Source: Saccharolobus solfataricus
GTDB lineage: Archaea; Thermoproteota; Thermoprotei_A; Sulfolobales; Sulfolobaceae
Length of the DNA: 32,000 nt
Assembly (NCBI RefSeq): GCF_900079115.1
Contig: NZ_LT549890.1
Coordinates: 270,001 to 302,000, forward strand
Direction: 5' to 3'
Within the stretch, counting starts at the first letter, position 1, and the number at the start of each line of letters is the position of its first letter. The notes below the pieces were generated by a model. The model did no database searches. It was given only the letters and a program-made list of their open reading frames with translations, and had not been told where the DNA came from. Both the position numbers and the translations under genes were made by a program. Below are positions 28,766 to 32,000 of this stretch, piece by piece.

Positions 28766-29837
28766 TTAACTGAATAATCTCTGAATGAACCATTCGGCAT
28801 TAAATGGAATTAGATCATCATAAGCCTGACCTATTCCTAAATATCCAACAGGCTTATTTAATTCATAAGCTAACGATAATATTACACCGCCTTTTACATC
28901 TGCATCGACTTTAGTTAATATTACTAGATCGAATCCAACATTATTTTCGAAGTATTTAGCTTGCTCTAATGCATCGTTTCCACCTAGGGAGTCTAAAACT
29001 AATATTTTTAGATTTGGCTTTGCAATATTAACAACTCTCTTTAGCTCATTCACTAAATCAGTGTCAGTATGCATTCTTCCAGCAGTATCTATTAAGACTA
29101 CATCTATACCCCTACTTTTAGCTGCACGTATTGCATCAAAAGCAACTGAGGCAGGGTCACCTCCATATCTACCTTTAATTAAAGGTATCTCTAAGTTTCT
29201 TGAATGAACTTCCAACTGTTCTTGCGCTGCTGCTCTAAACGTATCTGAAGCTGAAATAATACACGATAAGCCATTTTTTTTAAGCATATATGCAAATTTC
29301 GCAATAGTTGTAGTTTTACCTACTCCGTTTATTCCGAAAAATATTATTATATAAGGTTTTGGTGATTTTTTTATTTCTTCTAATACATTTATGGCATTAT
29401 TCTTTGTTATTATCTCAGTGATAGATTTTTTCAGAGAATCCTTTACTATTCTTTCAAGATCATCGCTTCGTTTTACCTTTTTGCCGATTATGTTTTCTTT
29501 CAGATCTTCAAGAATTTTCTCAGTAACTTCAAAAGAAACGTCACTTTCCAGTAGCTGATATCTCAATTCCTCTATGAAGTCTTCTATATCTTTCTCCTTA
29601 ATTTCTCTATATCTAAAAACATCAAAAATACTTCCACCACTCTTCCTCTCTTCTTTAGTTTCTTCCTTTACTTCACTAGTTACTGATTGATCCGTTATGT
29701 TATTACTAGTCTGCTGTTGATTACTAATAGTTGTCTCTGTAGAAGGGATATTTTGTTCGATCTTTTGTGTCTCTTCTTGCTCTCCCTTTAATTTATCTAC
29801 AAAATTAGAAAAAGCTTTCCTTATTTTATCAAAACAA
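28766..29837 (-). CDS. ftsY: Signal recognition particle receptor FtsY (5' end requires a 1-nt frame correction; canonical in-frame ORF is only 28766..29566)
   Basis: It has the SRP GTPase motifs GINGVGKTTT, DTAGR, TKVD and the closing GIGQ. The frame stays open to 29842 and encodes an FtsY-like N-terminus, but the only SD-preceded start (TTG 29837) is one T out of frame. See the findings. Confidence 0.85.
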
Positions 29838-29838
29838 T

Positions 29839-30282
29839 TTATTCACCTTGTTGTCTCCTGGCAGCTGCTTGCTGTATTTGATTTAGTATGTCAACTATCT
29901 GATTATATGTACTAGCAGCTTTTTGAAGTTCATTATTTAGATCTTGGGCTGCCTTACTTATCTCATCCTTTCTCTTATCAAGAATCTTTATAGCTGAGTC
30001 TAGGTCCACTTCTGCATAATAAGATAAACCTAAATGAACAGTTACCTTATCTCCTATTATACCCCCTACTTTTGCTAAAAGATATCCTTTTCTATCAATG
30101 AAGACTAACATTTCTTTATTTCCACTCTTCATCGTCTCTATCGCTTGTTTTGCAGAGTCTATTGAGTTTATCGACTCTAGCAATTCTAGTTGAGTTCTCT
30201 GCAATGAATCTATGTACCTTTTTAGGTAATCTGCTTGTGCTATTAATTCGTCTAATGTTATACCTCCTTGTCCTTGACTCAT
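29839..30282 (-). CDS. pfdA: Prefoldin alpha subunit
   Basis: 147 aa. It has a coiled coil, two beta hairpins ([28 protein letters not shown]) and a second coiled coil. It holds the conserved position next to ftsY in archaea. Confidence 0.85.
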   Translation of the reverse strand: MSQGQGGITLDELIAQADYLKRYIDSLQRTQLELLESINSIDSAKQAIETMKSGNKEMLVFIDRKGYLLAKVGGIIGDKVTVHLGLSYYAEVDLDSAIKILDKRKDEISKAAQDLNNELQKAASTYNQIVDILNQIQQAAARRQQGE

Positions 30283-30288
30283 CTTTCA

Positions 30289-30549
30289 TCACATTATAAT
30301 TTTATCAACTTTAGCTAATTCTCTTATTCTTCTATCTGGAATTTCTTCTTCCTTTATTTCACTTATTTGCTCTATTTTTATGTTATATCGCTTTATCTTA
30401 TTCTTGCTGCCAAAATGTGAATAAACGTACTCAATAGCTTGTTTTTCATTCAATGCTCTAACTATCTTTACAAATTTTCTCTTTTCTGGATAGTGGGATT
30501 CGCCAAATAGTGCAGTTCCTTTGACAAGGTAAAATTTTATTCCACTCAT
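30289..30549 (-). CDS. rplX: 50S ribosomal protein LX (L18Ae/L20A family)
   Basis: [26 protein letters not shown]... is typical of archaeal LX. The track start is GTG 30558. ATG 30549 is preceded by GGTGA at SD distance. Confidence 0.85.
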   Translation of the reverse strand: MSGIKFYLVKGTALFGESHYPEKRKFVKIVRALNEKQAIEYVYSHFGSKNKIKRYNIKIEQISEIKEEEIPDRRIRELAKVDKIIM

Positions 30550-30550
30550 C

Positions 30551-31222
30551 TCATTCACCTAATGCTTTTTGAATTCTTAAAATCTCTGGACCCGTAGTTG
30601 ACGCGCCTACTAACGTTCCTTTATCGTTTGCGACTAGCCCACTTTTGATAAATACACTTCCAAAATTTACCGTGCCAATATCTATCTTAACTCCGAACAA
30701 TTTTTCCAATTCTTTTAATTCTTTCTCACTTGTATCAACATGTACTAGTCCACCCTTATTTGTTATAACTCCTACAGAACCTACGGTTATCATTTGAGCT
30801 ATTTTCCCTCTTTTTATATCTTCAACACCTAAGGTCTCCTTTATTATCTTCTCTTCAATATCATTAAATTCAGGGTAGATTAACGCGGCCTTATTATTTG
30901 CCAGTATTGTATTTCCTAGTGCAGTAACTTTTGAATTAAGAATCTCAACTCTGCAATCCCTTAGATTCTCCTTCAGAAATCTGAATTCATCATCAATTGT
31001 AGACTTAGGTAAAAGAATTCCGTTATCGTTACCGCTTATGAAAATACCTAAAAGAAAACTTCTGGATATTTCTGCTTCTAATAACTCCGTTCCTAATACT
31101 TGGGCAATATTTTCTTTTGTTTCGCTATCTAATCCTCTAGGTATGATTGTATATTTATTATTAGTATAAATATAGACTCCTATATTATCTGTTCCAAAAA
31201 CTGATAACCTTTGCAGATTCAT
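30551..31222 (-). CDS. eif6: Translation initiation factor 6 (aIF6)
   Basis: 223 aa with five-fold pseudo-repeat character ([59 protein letters not shown]). There is an ATGA overlap with the rpl31e stop. Confidence 0.93.
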
Positions 31223-31485
31223 CTACTTTTAATAGCTAGTCTCACAAGATATATTTTTTCTTCTATCTTACTAACTACTACTCTAATTTTACTTACTATT
31301 TTATCATTTCCGTTCTTTGATATTGATTTAGCTAATAGTGGATCTATTATTACCTTCTCCGCGTTAAAATGTCTTGCTACAACCTTTTTTATGAATTTTA
31401 CTGCCCTTTTACTTCTACCAGTTCTCTTTCCAGTTTTTATTTTTCTTAAATTAATTATCATTTCAAAATTATCTTTCTCTTTCAT
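31219..31485 (-). CDS. rpl31e: 50S ribosomal protein L31e
   Basis: 88 aa. [32 protein letters not shown] is typical of L31e. The SD AGGTG lies 7 nt upstream. Confidence 0.9.
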
Positions 31486-31488
31486 TTT

Positions 31489-31644
31489 TTACACCTTTAG
31501 ATCATTTCTCCTCCAATTTCTCCTTAAGGGATTGTATCTAACTCTTCCACGAGTCTTTAGAACTATCCATATTGGTATTGGAGAGTTCGCTTTTAAGGCT
31601 TTGGCTAATCTAAATTTCTTAGCTACTGGTTTATTTCTACTCAT
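31489..31644 (-). CDS. rpl39e: 50S ribosomal protein L39e
   Basis: It is too short for the supplied track. Hand translation gives [51 protein letters not shown] (51 aa), the L39e family sequence. The ATG (31644..31642) forms an ATGA overlap with the upstream stop. Confidence 0.9.
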   Translation of the reverse strand: MSRNKPVAKKFRLAKALKANSPIPIWIVLKTRGRVRYNPLRRNWRRNDLKV

Positions 31645-31997
31645 TTCCATCCTCTCTCTCTTATTTGTATTTTGAAATCACGTCTGTTCTGTTGTGAAAT
31701 CTGTTCCAATATTTGCTTTAATTCCTCATCTGTTATTGGTATCTTTATTCTTCCAGATTGTGCTAGTGCAATTAATTGATTTTCCAGCGATTCGGCAAAT
31801 TCAGGCTTAACTAATTTTATATTTGTTAGCCTCTGTCGTGCCTCAGGTGTTAATATTACTCTTAAGATTGACTCTTTTTGGGATTCTAATTCTGCTTTTC
31901 TCTTTCTCTCTTCTTCTATTCTTTTTTGCTCTTGTGCAGCTTTTCTTCTTAATAATTCTTCTAATTCTTCATCATCATATGAGTTTGGAGTTGACAT
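31641..31997 (-). CDS. PDCD5/TFAR19-like double-stranded DNA-binding protein
   Basis: 118 aa. It has an acidic/lysine-rich helical N-terminus followed by [41 protein letters not shown], the conserved dsDNA-binding domain. It sits at the conserved position at the head of the L39e-L31e cluster. Confidence 0.85.
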   Translation of the reverse strand: MSTPNSYDDEELEELLRRKAAQEQKRIEEERKRKAELESQKESILRVILTPEARQRLTNIKLVKPEFAESLENQLIALAQSGRIKIPITDEELKQILEQISQQNRRDFKIQIRERGWK

Positions 31998-32000
31998 CTT

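Overview
This window looks like a core chromosomal segment of an AT-rich crenarchaeon of the Sulfolobus/Saccharolobus type. The evidence is about one-third GC by eye, leaderless first genes with a TATA box about 27-29 nt upstream of the ATG, GGTGA-type Shine-Dalgarno sites before operon-internal genes, an intron-containing tRNA, a C/D box sRNA, and an Fe-superoxide dismutase that I recognise as the S. solfataricus-type protein.

Gene content, left to right:
- A partial membrane/coiled-coil gene that is open at the left edge and absent from the supplied track.
- sod, a sugar-phosphate nucleotidyltransferase, a DUF364-like protein, a DUF255/thioredoxin-like protein, a small zinc-ribbon protein and thyX.
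- A complex I operon, nuoA-C-D-H-I-J-K-[M+L fused]-N, followed by a translationally coupled myo-inositol-1-phosphate-synthase-family gene.
- A C/D box sRNA.
- On the minus strand: thiI, a SWIM-like mini protein, an 804-aa N-anchored heavily sequon-rich surface protein, an MFS-like permease and tRNA-Arg(CCU) with a 13-nt intron.
- On the minus strand: the conserved archaeal cluster PDCD5-like / L39e / L31e / eIF6 / LX / prefoldin-alpha / ftsY / secE / spt5 / L11 / L1 / P0 / P1 / alaS / DUF434-like. L39e is too short for the supplied track.

I see no transposase, integrase, CRISPR array, toxin-antitoxin pair or recognisable defence module. I cannot honestly point to a new multi-gene system.

The items most worth a second look:
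1. The ftsY start. An SD plus TTG start sits one T out of frame on a T4 run next to a TGA, which means either +1 recoding or a homopolymer error.
2. A single 1128-aa ORF fusing NuoM-like and NuoL-like antiporter modules, in an operon that has no nuoB.
3. The 804-aa surface protein, which has a stalk with Tyr at the same heptad position in 11 of 12 heptads and a tandemly duplicated C-terminal domain.
4. An 81-nt perfect repeat shared by the P0 and P1 genes. It ends abruptly where the last seven codons differ at synonymous sites.
5. The C/D box sRNA, which abuts the thiI stop codon.

All functional calls rest on motif and family recognition by eye. No database search was run.
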